In this document: piece after piece, positions 23,490 through 36,680 of the stretch
Numbering within the stretch: position 1 is the first letter of the stretch
Layout: every line of letters starts with the position of its first letter
Assembly: GCA_964016885.1 (NCBI GenBank)
Contig: OZ024744.1
Location: 84,010,001 to 84,074,000, forward strand
DNA from: Eledone cirrhosa
Lineage: Eukaryota
Direction: 5' to 3'
DNA: 64,000 nt
Position numbers and translations under genes: made by a program
The notes under the pieces: generated by a model
The model's input: only the letters and a program-made list of their open reading frames with translations
What the model was told of the DNA's origin: nothing
The model's database searches: none

Positions 23490-25935
23490 AGCAGCCGCTG
23501 TGGTTATGAAAGAACGTGGGTATGTCCTAGATCTGCACAAACAAGGATAAGAAAACCCACACAAACATGGAAATCAAAGATTCCCTGCAAAAAAAGATAG
23601 AAAATAAAAGACCTCTTAATCTTAGATGAAATAGGAAATTATACAAGAAAACTAGGAATAGGAAAGGAAATAAAAATACCAAAGAAATATGATATAACAA
23701 TAACAGAATGGGGATTCCTGGAGACTAAAGAATGCCTGAAGCAACAAATACTTGCAAAGGCACAAAGAATCCGGAGATATAAAGAGCGCCAAAGGTGTTT
23801 TGAACAAAACCAGCATTTTCACTCCAACCCAAACGACTCTACCAGGAACTTAATCGGAGCAAAATAGAGGTACAAGTAAAACAAAATGTAGAAGAGTTCT
23901 GGAGAAGATTGTGGGCAGAAGGAGAATGAAAACTATCATGCACAAAACTAGCAAGAACTAATGAACACAGCAGATAAACAACGGTGGTAAGATATTACAA
24001 TAGATGATGTCTAGCACACTGAAAAAAACCCTAGAACCTAACGATACACAACAAGATCCCCAGCTTTTGGTTTAATTATTTAACAGGGACACATGGTGCA
24101 AAAAGTTTAATGGGACAGAGCCAGAAAAATACCTGACTGGGTGACTAAGAAAAAATACCCTGATAACCAAGAACAATGACACAGAAATCTCCAAAAACTA
24201 CAGGCTTTCCTACTTCATACAACACTTTAACAGTAATAATATCGAAGAAATTGCCCAAGCACATAAAAAAAACAAAAAAACACCTGCTTCCAGAACAACA
24301 AAAAGGATGCTGCAGAGTGCCTGTAAAGTCCAGTTACTAATCAATAAAGCCATAAGCGAAAACTATAGACAAAGCTAAAACAAACTCAGCATGGCTTGGA
24401 TTGACTATCAAATGGAGACTGAACAATAGCCATGAATAAAGTAGCATCAATGATAAAAACATTTATCAAGCATGCCATAAGTAAATGGCAAAGAGTTCTG
24501 TAGATAAAAACGAAGGATGGAACTATAAAAACTGAGCCTATCACAATCGACAGAAGTATACTTCATTACTGCTTTTCTGCACTAAACAGAAATGAACTAC
24601 GGTATAAATGCTACCAGAAAAATAACCATCTCCAGTATATGGATGATCTAAAGATGTACACTGCAGACGAGGGACAACTAAAAACACAGCTACAGACAAT
24701 ACATGGATCCACAAAAGAAATTGGCTGGAAATTTGGACTAGAAAAAGCGCCAAGACAATTCGGAAGCGAGGACAATTTGTGAAAAACACTAATATCATGC
24801 TAAATAAAGAAACTGGGATAAAAGAATTTGACCAAACACAGATGTACAAATAATTAGGAATCATTAAACTAGACGGGATTCAACATACAAACGTGAAATA
24901 AATGATTGGAAAGGCCTAAATACAAAGAATAGGGTAATTGGCATCAATACTCTATCGATCCCAGTAATAAGCTACAGTATAAGTATTCTGAACTTAGCCC
25001 GAAAAGACCTAGCAGGAATAGACAGAAAGACGGGGAAAATAATGAGTGCATTTAGAATACACCATCCAAACGAAGAACAAAAGAAAGTTAATACTAATGT
25101 ACACGAAACTTGAGCAAAACAAAAAATTATTTCCTGTCTTCAAAAAAGCCAAAACATTCGAAACAGAAACTGGATTGACAGATAACTGTGAGGAAAATGA
25201 AAACAAAGAAGAAACAACAACAGAAATTGTGAAAAACAAAATCTAAATTGAAACCCAAAATGTCATGTTATAAAGATGGCAAGAAAAACCCTTATATGGT
25301 CAATATACACAGTAACTGCAGAATAAGTAGAGGTCAGGAAGACCTACATTATCTCTGGCTGCCTAAAAAAGGATATATCCACAAACAGGATAGAGTTGAG
25401 ATTTACATACACTGGATGTTATACTAACACTACTAAATACCAACAGAAAAAAAAGCTGGTACAGACACACACAAGAAAAGGTATCAGAAAATCGCGAAGC
25501 AACCATACTCTGCAATATATCAATATACACAAACAAGGAGATCAAAGCAAACCGATCCGATATTATAGTCAAAGACTACAAAAGAAAAAAATGTCTTCTA
25601 ATTGATGTATCAATACTCAGAGATGACAATATATCAACCATGGAAATGAAGAAATTAAGAAAATATAAAGATGTAGAGAAAGAAGCAACCCGAATATGAA
25701 TGATGAAGAGAGAAACAATACCTATAATAATAATAGGTGCTCTGGGAATGAAAAAAAACAAACAAACAAGTAGATACATAACCAAACTGCAGGGACTTAC
25801 AAATATTTACAGCATACAAAAGATAGCACTACTAGGCACTGCACACATATTACGATGAGTACTTTCAATACAATAGAAATGACACTACCAAAAACCACAC
25901 TGCACAGAACTATGCAGTAACGATACTCATAAGAC
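23490..25935 (+). mobile_element. Degraded R4/Dong-type LINE ending at (TAA)n
   Basis: EQQKGC, QLLINKA, SMAWIDY, YMDDLK (~24637), WQEKPLYG, IIGALGM, IQKIALLGTAHILR* followed by a short 3' UTR and taataataa. Confidence 0.8.
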
Positions 25936-26140
25936 TAATAATAATAATAATTGTTTCTACTTTTGGCACAAGGCCAGCAATTATCCCAGTGCATTAATGG
26001 TTCTTTATTTTATCGACCCCGTAAGGATGAAAGGCAAAGTTAACCTTGGCAGATTTTGAATACAGAACGTAAAGGGCCATAACTCTATGCGGCAAAGAAT
26101 GATGTCCGACCCTCTACCGATACAGCCAATCCACCACCCC
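25936..26140 (-). mobile_element. tRNA-derived SINE with apparent target-site duplication
   Basis: Reverse complement of the 9904 SINE; ataagactaataataataat is present on both sides (~25929 and ~26146). Confidence 0.85.
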
Positions 26141-26152
26141 TAAGAATAAGAC

Positions 26153-26356
26153 TAATAATAATAATAATCTTTCTACTTTTGGCACAAGGCCATCAATTAC
26201 TCCAGTGCATTACTGGTACTTTATTTTATCGACTCCGTAAGGATCAAAGACAAAGTTAACTTCGGCGGGTTTTAAGCACAGAACGTAAAGAGCCATAACT
26301 CTATGCTGCAAAGCATGGTGTCTGACGCTCTACCGATACTGCCAAACCAACGCTCT
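26153..26356 (-). mobile_element. tRNA-derived SINE
   Basis: Reverse complement of the same SINE, flanked by (TAA)n. Confidence 0.85.
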
Positions 26357-26673
26357 GATTAATAATAATAATATATCATCATCATAATCACCTACAACCT
26401 CATTTTTGTCGTCCTCAATTGTTGTTATTCGTTTCTAATGCATTTCTTATTTTCTCAGCGACGCGGCAACTTCAGCGTCATCCTCTTCTTCTTCTTTTTC
26501 TTCTTCTTCTTCTTCACTTTCATTATCTGCTAAAATTATATTATTATTTATGTTTTTGTTTTTACTTTTGTTATCCTCATTTCCAAACCCGCCTCTTGCT
26601 TTCTATTATCTCCTTCATCCACGTCGTACTTTCGTAGAGATGGCCCGCTTCTCAATCTCTCTCTCTATCTCCC

Positions 26674-26705
<32 letters not shown>

Positions 26706-26742
26706 GTATATATATATATATACATATTTATGTGAGTGTGAG

Positions 26743-26790
<48 letters not shown>

Positions 26791-27069
26791 TATATACAAA
26801 TATCAATTTTTCTAACTGTCTATCTCCTGCACCAACACCACATTCACACACTCTCTCTATCTCCCTATCTCTACCTCTCTCTTTCTCTATCTCTCTATCT
26901 CTTTCTCTCTCTATCCACCCTCTCTCTTTCTCTCTTTTTCTTTCTTTCTTTCTCACTCTGCCTCTCTCTTTCCTTTTCTCGATTTCTCATTTCCTTCCAA
27001 TAACAATCATCTGTCTAGTTCTGTCAAAAACTTACCAACGATGGCTCCGACACGATAATTAGCAATCGC

Positions 27070-27162
27070 TTTTTTTTTCTTTTTCTTTTTCTTTTTCTTT
27101 TTCTTTTTCTTTTTCTTTTTCTTTTTCTTTTTCTTTTTCTTTTTCTTTTTCTTTTCTCTTTT
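27070..27162. repeat. (TTTTTC)n hexanucleotide repeat
   Basis: Directly visible. Confidence 0.9.
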
Positions 27163-27758
27163 TAAAAATTTATAATTGTTTTTCTTCATTTATTTACTTA
27201 TTTATCTATCGAACTCTTTTTATTTTTTTATTTTTCTCAGTAATTGTTCATTGAATTGTTTTAAAAGACCATTTGTATAGCTTATTCATTTTTTTTTCAA
27301 TTTTCATTTTTGTATTTTTTATTATTTAGCTTCAGTTGCTTGTTTTTTTTTTTAGTTATTATGTAGTGTAGGCTGTTCGTATTATATGTGTTATTATTTA
27401 TTATTTATTTTATATTATTTGGGGGCATAACACCTTTTTTACGTGACCTTTTCTAGGCAAAACGGCAGTCAGATAAATTTTTTGGTAGAAATGTTAAACG
27501 TTCTCTCAGCAGTTGGCAGGATGGTGCCTTATGACAGTAAAAAAATGTATATGTGCATGAGTTCCTGCACATACACACGCACAAACACAAAAAAATATAT
27601 ATACATACATATAGAATGTATATATATATATTTAATATTAAGGATACTATTTATGGTTATGTATATACTAAAACTTTGTATAGTTATATATATTTTAATC
27701 CCTAAACAGTGAAGGTCAGTAATTTATTACTACCTTATTCTATATATATATATTCATA

Positions 27759-28269
27759 TAAGTATGTATACGTACATACATATATGAATATAGACGTACA
27801 GTAGTATATATATATATATACATACATGCACACACATATATAAGCACGTATCGGTCTACCGAACATTTATTATAATGCTCGGTTTGTTTGTTTGTAAACA
27901 AACAAACAGCCCGTATTACGCCATACAGTGTTTAGGCAACCACGTCACCATTTTGTTCAACACAGACACAGGAACGATGTACTAGTTTCAAGCTTATTAG
28001 CTATCGTCAGCATCGTATACCTTCCTGCCAGATGGTTGAACGTCTGAAAGTATATACTTTCCTTATGCATATTAACGGCTAAGCAGCCTAATTTGCATAT
28101 CGTCGTAATTCGGGCTGTTTGTTTGTTTATAAACAAACCGAGCATTATAATAAATGTTCGGTAGACCGATACGTGCATATATATGTGTGTGCATGTATGT
28201 ATATATATATACATACTACTGTACGTCTGTATACATATATGTATGTACGTATACATATATACATACTTA
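27759..28269. mobile_element. Foldback/MITE-like element with ~165-bp inverted arms
   Basis: gcacgtatcggtctaccgaacatttattataatgctcggtttgttt...aaacaaacaaacagcccg (27844-27913) is mirrored at 28110-28177; the arms extend through the flanking TA/CA-rich sequence. Confidence 0.8.
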
Positions 28270-28331
28270 CATTTAAGTAACTGCCGTACTAATAGTGAGA
28301 AATGAAATTTCTTTTCATTCTATTCCATTTA

Positions 28332-28406
<75 letters not shown>

Positions 28407-28483
28407 CTCCGGGAGCTTCCAACAGTAATGGTTGCATTTTTTAAGGGTATGTGAATAATTATTTATAAAACTGATCTATATTG

Positions 28484-28548
28484 TATTTTGTCTGATGAAA
28501 GCACGCCATAATTTAACATGGTGTCCTTGAAATATGTATAATAAAATA
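28484..28548 (+). ncRNA. Type I hammerhead ribozyme motif in a ~185-bp unit between (TA)n tracts
   Basis: tattttgt-CTGATGA-aag.acgccat(aatttaac)atggtgt.ctt-GAAA-tatgta-TA-ataaaata. Confidence 0.65.
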
Positions 28549-28587
28549 AATATGGTTTTATAAATATAATTTCCATTTGTTAATATC

Positions 28588-28663
<76 letters not shown>

Positions 28664-28691
28664 CCTTCAGTCTATCTAACTTCTCATTCTT

Positions 28692-28727
28692 TCTTCTGAT
28701 GAAGGACTAACGTCCGAAACGTTAAGA
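28692..28727 (+). ncRNA. Minimal Penelope-type hammerhead ribozyme motif
   Basis: tctt-CTGATGA-a-ggac(taac)gtcc-GAAA-cg-TT-aaga; palindromic aacgtt stem III. Confidence 0.8.
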
Positions 28728-29069
28728 TACTCTTCCTGCTATTTCAAACGTTAACCTAATATATTCCTTCCATATGCTGTACTGATTGTGTTGTGTTGTT
28801 ATTTCTGTTTACATTTTACATGTATGTATAAATATATATATATATCAAATTTAATATAGGACTAGTATTCAATATAGGATAGTTTCTACAGGATAGAATT
28901 GTTTCATTCGATATATTAAATTTGATGTTTGCACTCTAATAATGTATTGATGAGTACCTTACTTATTGTGGTTACTCCCTATTGAACCCGGGACTCACAC
29001 ACACACGCACACGCACACACACACACGCACACGCACACACACACACGCACACAACTACATATATATACA

Positions 29070-29114
<45 letters not shown>

Positions 29115-29797
29115 GGGAGAGAGAGAGAGCGAGAGAGAGAAGGGGGAGAGAGACTGGCATGTAACACCCATAATTTCAGTCCAAGCTCCTTATATCAAGT
29201 GGGAGGCTGCACAGAAATATTCGTCAAAACCTTGTCTTATATTTGACCTTCAGCTTCTGCAGAAATAGTATGGACAAATTCCTCAACAGTTTTAACTCCA
29301 GCATACATATCTTCAGGAGAGTGAGAGAGACGGCGGGGGAGAGAAAAGTATCAGCCTCTGTATTAATTTGAATTTTATTTATCTACCCAGAAAGGATGAT
29401 TAGAAATGTTGAACTCAGAAAAATTTATACTTTGAGCGCAATAAACCTGAACAGATACCACAAAGTTTTATCCGACGTTTTAATGACTCGCTGGCCATTC
29501 ACTTCACAAGAAAGCATATTGTTCAAAAGATACACTCGTTTGAGAGATACGTATTAAAACATATTTGTAGAAACACATATTCATGGACAAAAAATCCGTA
29601 GAAATGTAAATTGATCGAAAGCGTATGTCATAAGCAAGGTTTAATACTCTTAGAAATAGAGTAGGCTTCGAAACAACGAAATTCTGGATTCATTCTCACT
29701 ACGCTACATATTTAGAAAGTGCCTTCTGCTAAATACATGGGTTAATCAATGTCTTACGTGTGAAATGCAATAGATGGAAACTTCAGATGTCCGTCTC

Positions 29798-29835
<38 letters not shown>

Positions 29836-30159
29836 TTTAGATTGCTGGAGATACAGCAGTTTAATGGAGTTACTTCCCTTCTTACGGAAATGAAAACTAG
29901 CCTCTTCTGCGGAGAATTCAGCAGATTCAAAAATACTTCCACTCACATCATAACCATACCCGAGTATGGTTTGGTAATTGTTCTGACATAAACTCTATAT
30001 CCGACTCATCCTTTGGACTGAGTGCTCTACCAACTTTCGATATAACCTTCTAATGTTGCACTACATTCTATGTGTAGGGAGAGAGAGAGAGAAATAGAGA
30101 AATAAAGAGAAGGGTATAAAAAGAAAAAGACAGTGGGTGAGATACATAAAGAGTTAAAT

Positions 30160-30893
30160 ATATAGATAGATTTCTTTATTAACCACAAGGGCGCAACAAG
30201 AAAGGGGACAATACAAAGACATGCCGGGGATTTTACATACAGTCGTGTAAAAAATATAAAAACAAACAATTTCAACAATCGAAATCCCCAATAGGGGGGA
30301 GGCGTCACAAATGGGTTGTTTAATACCCCGTCGATAGAACAACCCTCAACTCAAGGAGCGTGTTGTGTAAGTGCTCCTTTCTTCCTTTTGCTCTCTTCCT
30401 CAACCCACAGGCTTATAAACAGAGAAGGCCCAATCATTCGGGCCATTTTCGCTTCATTCACCCACCTTTCAGTAAATTTACTGGGGTGCAGTGCCTCTCT
30501 CTCCACCCTGATTCTCCTTCTAAAGTGATACTTAAAGAATGGAATCAATTGTTGTCCGGAGAGAAAGACATCTGTCCTCAGTCCTCTCAACCTCGTCCAC
30601 CATATAACTTCTTTCACCATAGCCACCGTACAGAGGAAAACCGCCTCTCTTTCGTTTTTGAAAGAGTCTGGTGGTTTGATCCTTACTATGGACGCGGCAG
30701 TCAACTGTATTTGTCCCATACGCGACAGCAGTTGTTCTGCATAGTTCCACAGGTCGCTTACGCCCGGGCAGTGTACAATTGCGTGCAGAACTGTTTCAAT
30801 GTCCTGCGCACATCTTGGACACGTCCTCTTGGAAGGATCCCTGCCAGGGCGTCCGTGCCTGTAGATCTTGTCACGAACCGGTAGAGCTCCTCG
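30160..30893 (-). mobile_element. 5'-truncated Tx1 LINE (B1) with TCTA-type tail
   Basis: ORF 30351-30719 is the ORF2 C-terminus; tail is gcccttgtggttaataaagaaatctatcta. Confidence 0.88.
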
Positions 30894-33800
30894 AGATAGG
30901 CAGATAGACAGATAGACAGATAGATAACTTTCTTTTTATTTGCCACCAGGGCATCAAAAATGGGACAAGTACAAAGGGGGGAGTTTACATGCAGAGGCGT
31001 CCACAATATGGAGGAGGCAATAACAAGATATAAAAGTATAAAAATAAAATAAAACATAACAAAATAAATTTCATAACAATATCCTCAATAGGGAGGAGGC
31101 GCCTTGGGGGGTCGCACACACCCCCGAAAAAAAGTGTGCAACCCTTCTCCTCAGGAGCACAGAGACGGTGTGCTCCCTTGGTCTTTCATCTTCCTCACCT
31201 ATAGTCTGATGTAGAGTGAAGGCCCATTCACACGGGCCATTCTCGCCAATTTCATCCATCTTTCATAAAAACGGCTGGGGTGCAGCACCTCTTTCTCTAT
31301 CCTGATCCTTCTTCCGAAATGATATCGGAAGAAACGGACCAGTTGTTGGCCAGAGAGAAAGGTGTCTTACCTCAGTCCTTTCAGACGCGTCCACCATACA
31401 ACCTCTTTCGCCATGGCTATTACGCACAGAAACACCGCCTCTCCTTCGTTTTTGAAGAGGGGAGGCGGCTTGATCGTTACAATAGACTCGGTGGTCAACC
31501 GGATCGGTCCCACCCTTGACAGCAATTGTTCGACATAGCCCCACAGATCAGCAATGCCCGAGCAGTGTACCAATGCGTGTACAACGGTTTCCTCGTGGCA
31601 CACGCATCTGGGACAGATCTTTTTCGAGGGGTCCCTACCCGGGCGCCCGTGTCTGTAGAGCCTTTCTCGAACAGGCAGAGCCCCTCGGTAGCACTGCCAG
31701 GCCAGGGACCTCTGGAAGTTATCCATGCGTCCCGGGCTGAATATCCTAACGAACAGGTTGTCCAGTTCGTCTTCCTCCATGCCTAGGGCTTCTCCGAGGG
31801 CGTCGTCGCACCTGCTAACCACCAGCCCTCTATAGAATGACGAGGTGGATTCTCCACTGACAGCCGGGTCCGCCTGCCAGAGAGCCGTGAGTGCCTGGGC
31901 ACACTCGGTGTGCCAGGCGCCCAGTTTTCTCGGTCTTTGCTTGACCCAGGATTGCAGCTCGGTGAGCGAGACGAGTCTGGGGAAGGCTCGCCTCACAAAC
32001 GGGGCCCACACCGGTTGACTGGTGAGGAATACCTGGAGGTGCCGTAGCCTTAATGCGTGTTTACGTATCATTAGCCACGGCAACCCCAGCCCTCCTTTCT
32101 AAGGGTGTTGACAGCAGATCGATCTCCTCACCATAGGAGCCCGCTTCTTCCAAAGGAATTGGAAGAGTGCACGCTCCATTTTGGCGAGCGTTTCCCTTGG
32201 GCAAGGCACAACGGTCAGGCGGTAGTAGATCACGGACGCTATATAAGTGTTCGCCACCTCTGCCCGACCTTTCAGGGACAGTTTGCACTCGGCCCACTTC
32301 TGGGTCAGTGCAAACACCCTGTTCGTTACCTCACCCCAGTTCTTCTCCACCTGGAGGTCTGGTCCGAACCAGAACCCGAGCAACCTCACCGGGCCCTCCG
32401 TCCAGCACCCGACGACGCCATCCCGGTTCTAACGGGATGCCCTGCAACAACTCCAACTTCCGCAGCAGTGGCTCTAGAGTCATACAGAAGGGAGGAGAGA
32501 GGGCACCCTTGTCGGATGGACCGCGCGATTTCGAACGGCTCCGAGAGGTAGCCGTTCACCTTGACCCTAGAGCAGATGCAGCTGCTATGCATGGTATTGA
32601 TCCAGCCCATGAAAACGGGTCCGAAGCCTGCCGCCGCTAGCACCGCATCCAGGTAACCATGGTCGACCCTATCGAACGCCTTAGATTGATCCAAGATGAT
32701 CAGGGCCCCACCAAAGCCGGGTTCGTTCCCAACCCTCTCTATGATGTATCGCATGAGGTGGATGTTGTCGTGGATGGACCTGGACGGGATAACACATGTC
32801 TGCGCATCTCCCACCAGGTTGCCCACGACAAGCGCCAACCTCTTTGCTAGCACCTTGGCCAAAATCTGTAACTCTGTATTTAGCAGAGTTATGTGCCTGA
32901 AATTATTCATATCGTCCCCCTTGTTCTCGTCCTTCCTCACTAGCGTGACTACGCCCTTGGTTACAGCACAGGGAATTCTCCCGTTCTGTTGCCAGTTGCA
33001 GTAGACCGCCTCGAGGAGATCGGGGAACAAGTCCGGCATAGCTAGATAGTGTACGTATGGAAGACCATCGAGACCCGGGGATTTGCGTTTGCCGCATTGG
33101 CTCAGCACGTCCTCTATCTCAGCGGCTGAAATCAGCTCCTCGCAGGACTTCCCTCCTTGCTCGAGAGACGCGGCAGGCCGTCGAGGTATGGACCGAAGTC
33201 CACATCCCCAACCGGCTCGCCGCCCCTTTCGAACAATCCGGCAAAGTGTTTTTGAAAAGCCTCGCACATCTGCTTAGGCTCAAGGATCACCCGTCCATCC
33301 TGGTCTAGCAAAGACCGGATAGTGGATCTGCTCCCTCTTTTGGCTTCTGTCACGTGGGCCCAGCTAACAGCTTTGGTCCCCTCGTTTCCCAGAGCACTAT
33401 TTTGCTTCGGACGATTCAGCCTTCGTGTTTCGCGTCGAAGAACTGGCCCAGGGCCGTTCTCAACGCTAACACTCTGGCCACGTCGCCGCTTCTAATTGCC
33501 TCTTCTACACTATCTACCAGCTCCCTTTCCTTCCTAGTTCTATTTGAGGCTAACTCCTTACTAAATTCTATAGAGGCTACTCTAATCTCCCTTTTGAGAG
33601 ATCCCCACCACCTGCTGTTGACGATGGCGCCCGTCAACCGCTCCTTAACTAAAGTGCTAATCCGGACCCTGTAAGCCTTACTTGCCGGTAAGGTCAAGTT
33701 GAGCTTCCAGTAACCGGGTCCCTGTCTATGCGTTCTGTTAAGGTTGACCATGCAGCTCACTAACTTGTGGTCTGAATAGCCAACCATGCTCATTTTTGGA

Positions 33801-35706
33801 CAACTTAAAAAGTCCTTATCCTTATTTGTAACTAAGAACCTATCTAGGTTCGACCTAGATGATCCGCTGCGATTTGTCCAAGTCCAGGTTGGCGTAGTCA
33901 GAAAATCTAGTCGATATCTATCGGCCAGGTCAAATCGACCGATTAACCCTTTGAGGCTATTACACCCTTCTCTATCGGGACAAGCCCCTACGTAGTCCCA
34001 ACGTGCATCTAGGATACCATTCCAGTCCCCCACTAATAGCAAGGAGCGGGACGTCCTTAGAAAAGTCTCCAGACGATGGAAGAAGTCCGGCCGCATTGAC
34101 CCGAAAGGGCCGTAGGCGGCTACCAACCTAAACGCTCCGCCTTCACCACTGCCAAGTTCCAGAACCACTAGTGGACCCTCCGGGTCCAAATGTACCGTCT
34201 GTGTTGCGAGACCCAGAATTTTTTGCAGCAGAACGACAACGCCACCCCCACCTCCTAGCTGACAGAGAGATGCGTGCATCTCAAAGTCATCAAAGGTGGG
34301 GGCCAGCTGTCGCATGTTGCTGATCCGGGCCTCGCAAATAACCATCACATCTATACGTTGTAGCCTGAGGTCATATAGAAGCATTGCTTGCTTCCAAGTT
34401 GAGCCCAGGCCACGCGCATTTAAACAGCCTACTCTTAGCATAGCCATGTTGGTGGTGAAGAGAAAAGGCACTTACCTCTCTGCGTCCCGGGTATCGGTTT
34501 GCACAATTTCCATGAGGGTGGGGGATGGGTTGTTGGGTGGGGTGGTGGTTTGTGGAAGTGTAGGGGCATCAGTGTGTTGTATGGTTGGGGTGTTTGGAGT
34601 TGTGTGAAAGTTTGGGGAGGGGGTGGGGTAGTTTTTTTAGGAGGACGCGGTTAATGGGCTCGACGCAGGGGAGGGGGCCCACGTCCTCTTTAAAGTTGTT
34701 TTTTAAAGTTTTATAAGTGTCCTTTGGGGCCTTAATCATTTTGAGGTGGGGGAAATCCCCTGCCTGGGTGAAGTTAGGCTCCTGGGATTTTATTAAATTG
34801 TTGTTGTACACAATGTTTAACAGTTTTTTGTTTCTTGTGTTTATGTATGTGTATGCATGTTTTTGTTTTTTGTGTGGTGTTTTTTTGTTTGCTGTTGTTG
34901 TGTGCTCTTTTGTGTTGGTATCAGTGTTATGTTTTGGGGAGGATTTGTTTTCATTTGTGTCTGAGGTGTGTTTTCTTTTTTTCTTTTGATTGTGTGGAAG
35001 TGCTCCTCCTCGTCTGACGACGAACTAGGGTCATCTTCCGCGTTGTAGGGGAGGGGTATATTTTCGGGTTGTGTTTGCGGTGCGGGTGTTTTGGAAATTG
35101 TTTTTTTTTTTAGTGGGGGGGATGGGTTGGACATTGTTTTGTTTTGGTTTGAGCTGTGGTTGTTGTTTTTGTAGTGGTAGTTGTGGTGATTGTGTTGGTT
35201 GTGCAGTTGTTGGTGGTGCAGGCAGGATTGGGGTTTTCTTATTAAGTTGGGGACAGACAGCCCTCAGGTGACCTCTGGTTCCACAGAGGTAACACGAGGG
35301 CCGCCTACCCTCGACGGTAATGTTGATGAAAATTTGATCATCCAGTATGACGCGTTCAGGGATCTGGGCAATCCTTTCGGGCCTCATTTGAACTACAAGT
35401 TCGAGGCTCGTTCCACTGAACGCGTCATCCGATGCCTTTCCCATGGACACCAGCGTGTCATCATCCAGGTTCAGGAAACCTGTCAAAACCCACCATATGT
35501 CCATAATCGGCAGGATTGTGTGGATTTTTATTTTTTGTGTCCTTCTACCCATATACGTAGGGTAGAAGGTGTACACGGTGGATGTAATTGGTTTGATGGA
35601 CAGTTTCACTGCTGTGTCCCTGTCCTTCATGCGAATGGATAGACTCCCGTAGAGTCTATCCTTCTGAATGAAGGTGATGTCCTTCATGACGTCTTTTAAA
35701 ACCAGC
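30894..35706 (-). mobile_element. Tx1 LINE copy B2, 5'-truncated in ORF1, embedded in (TCTA)n
   Basis: ORF1 knuckle EGRRPSCYLCGTRGHLRAVC; ORF2 from the ATG at 34447 (MAMLRVGCLNARG), GDWNG, YSDHK, LDQSKAFDRVDH, IRQGCPLS, CPRC...ETVVHALVHC; tail aataaaaagaaagttatctatctgtcta. Confidence 0.93.
31199..34447 (-). pseudogene. Tx1 ORF2 (APE-RT), frameshifted
   Basis: ORFs 33416-34471, 32386-33267, 32099-32389 and 31367-32083 are consecutive pieces of one APE-RT protein. Confidence 0.9.
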
Positions 35707-35711
35707 TAGAC

Positions 35712-35770
<59 letters not shown>

Positions 35771-35777
35771 AAGATAA

Positions 35778-35871
<94 letters not shown>
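35707..35871. repeat. (GATA)n tetranucleotide microsatellite
   Basis: About 40 GATA units. Confidence 0.95.
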
Positions 35872-35872
<1 letters not shown>

Positions 35873-35894
35873 TTATGTGATCTATGATTTCATT

Positions 35895-35963
35895 TAGGCA
35901 CAAATGTTTCTCTGGCTCTCTCTTTCGGATTTTCACCGAGACAGGCTCCAGATCGTCAGCCTA
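35895..35963 (-). ncRNA. Hammerhead-like motif with extended stem II and non-canonical G at the cleavage position
   Basis: Minus strand: tagg-CTGACGA-tctgg...ccaga-GAAA-catttg-TG-ccta. Confidence 0.65.
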
Positions 35964-36286
35964 TATTTACTCCATGTTGCACAACCAATACAGAACGAAG
36001 TCAATATTGGCTGACACCATAGTTCATGTAATAGATATCTTTATACCACAACTTATCTCACACAGTAAATACTCTTCCAGTATTCGGTTGTCTTCGCCTT
36101 AATTTGTATCTGTCGATATCTGTGTAAGTTAGTGCTTTAACAAAATCGGATCGATAAAATAAATATCACACTTTAAAAGAATAATTACTAGTGTTGATAT
36201 GATCGACTAAGTCGTGGTGGTGCTCCTGGATGGCTACAGTTAAATGAAGGAAACCAGTATAAGAGCCTAAAATAAATCTGGTTAAA

Positions 36287-36680
36287 AGTGGATTGGCAGT
36301 ATCGGTAGAGAGTCGGACACCATGCTTTGAAGCATAGAGTTACCTCCCTTTATGATCTGAGTTCAAATCCCGCCGAGGTTAACTTTGCCTTTCATCCTTA
36401 CGGGGTCGATAAAATAAAGTACCAGTAATGTACTGGGTAATTGCTGGCCTTGTGTCTAAAATAGAAACAAGTATATATTATACATAGGCGGTGGATTAGC
36501 AGTATCGGTAGAGGGTCGGACGCCATGCTTTGACGCAAAGAGTTACGGCCCCTTCCATTCTGAGTTCAAATCCCGCCGAGGTTAACTTTGCCTTTCATCC
36601 TTACGGGGTCGATAAAATAAAGTACCAGTAATACACTGTGTAATTGCTGGCCTTGTGCCAAAAGTGGAAACAATTATATA
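36287..36680 (+). mobile_element. Two tandem tRNA-derived SINE copies (36287-36472 and 36486-36680)
   Basis: Each has box A, gagttcaaatccc, the gcctttcatccttacggggtcgataaaat core and the gctggccttgtg tail; an older SINE-like fragment precedes them at ~36145-36265. Confidence 0.9.

Noticed and set aside
29165-29320. Coding-looking minus-strand stretch (PEDMYAGVKTVEEFVH...)
   Set aside because: It is interrupted by stops and has no recognisable motif or splice signals; cannot be assigned.
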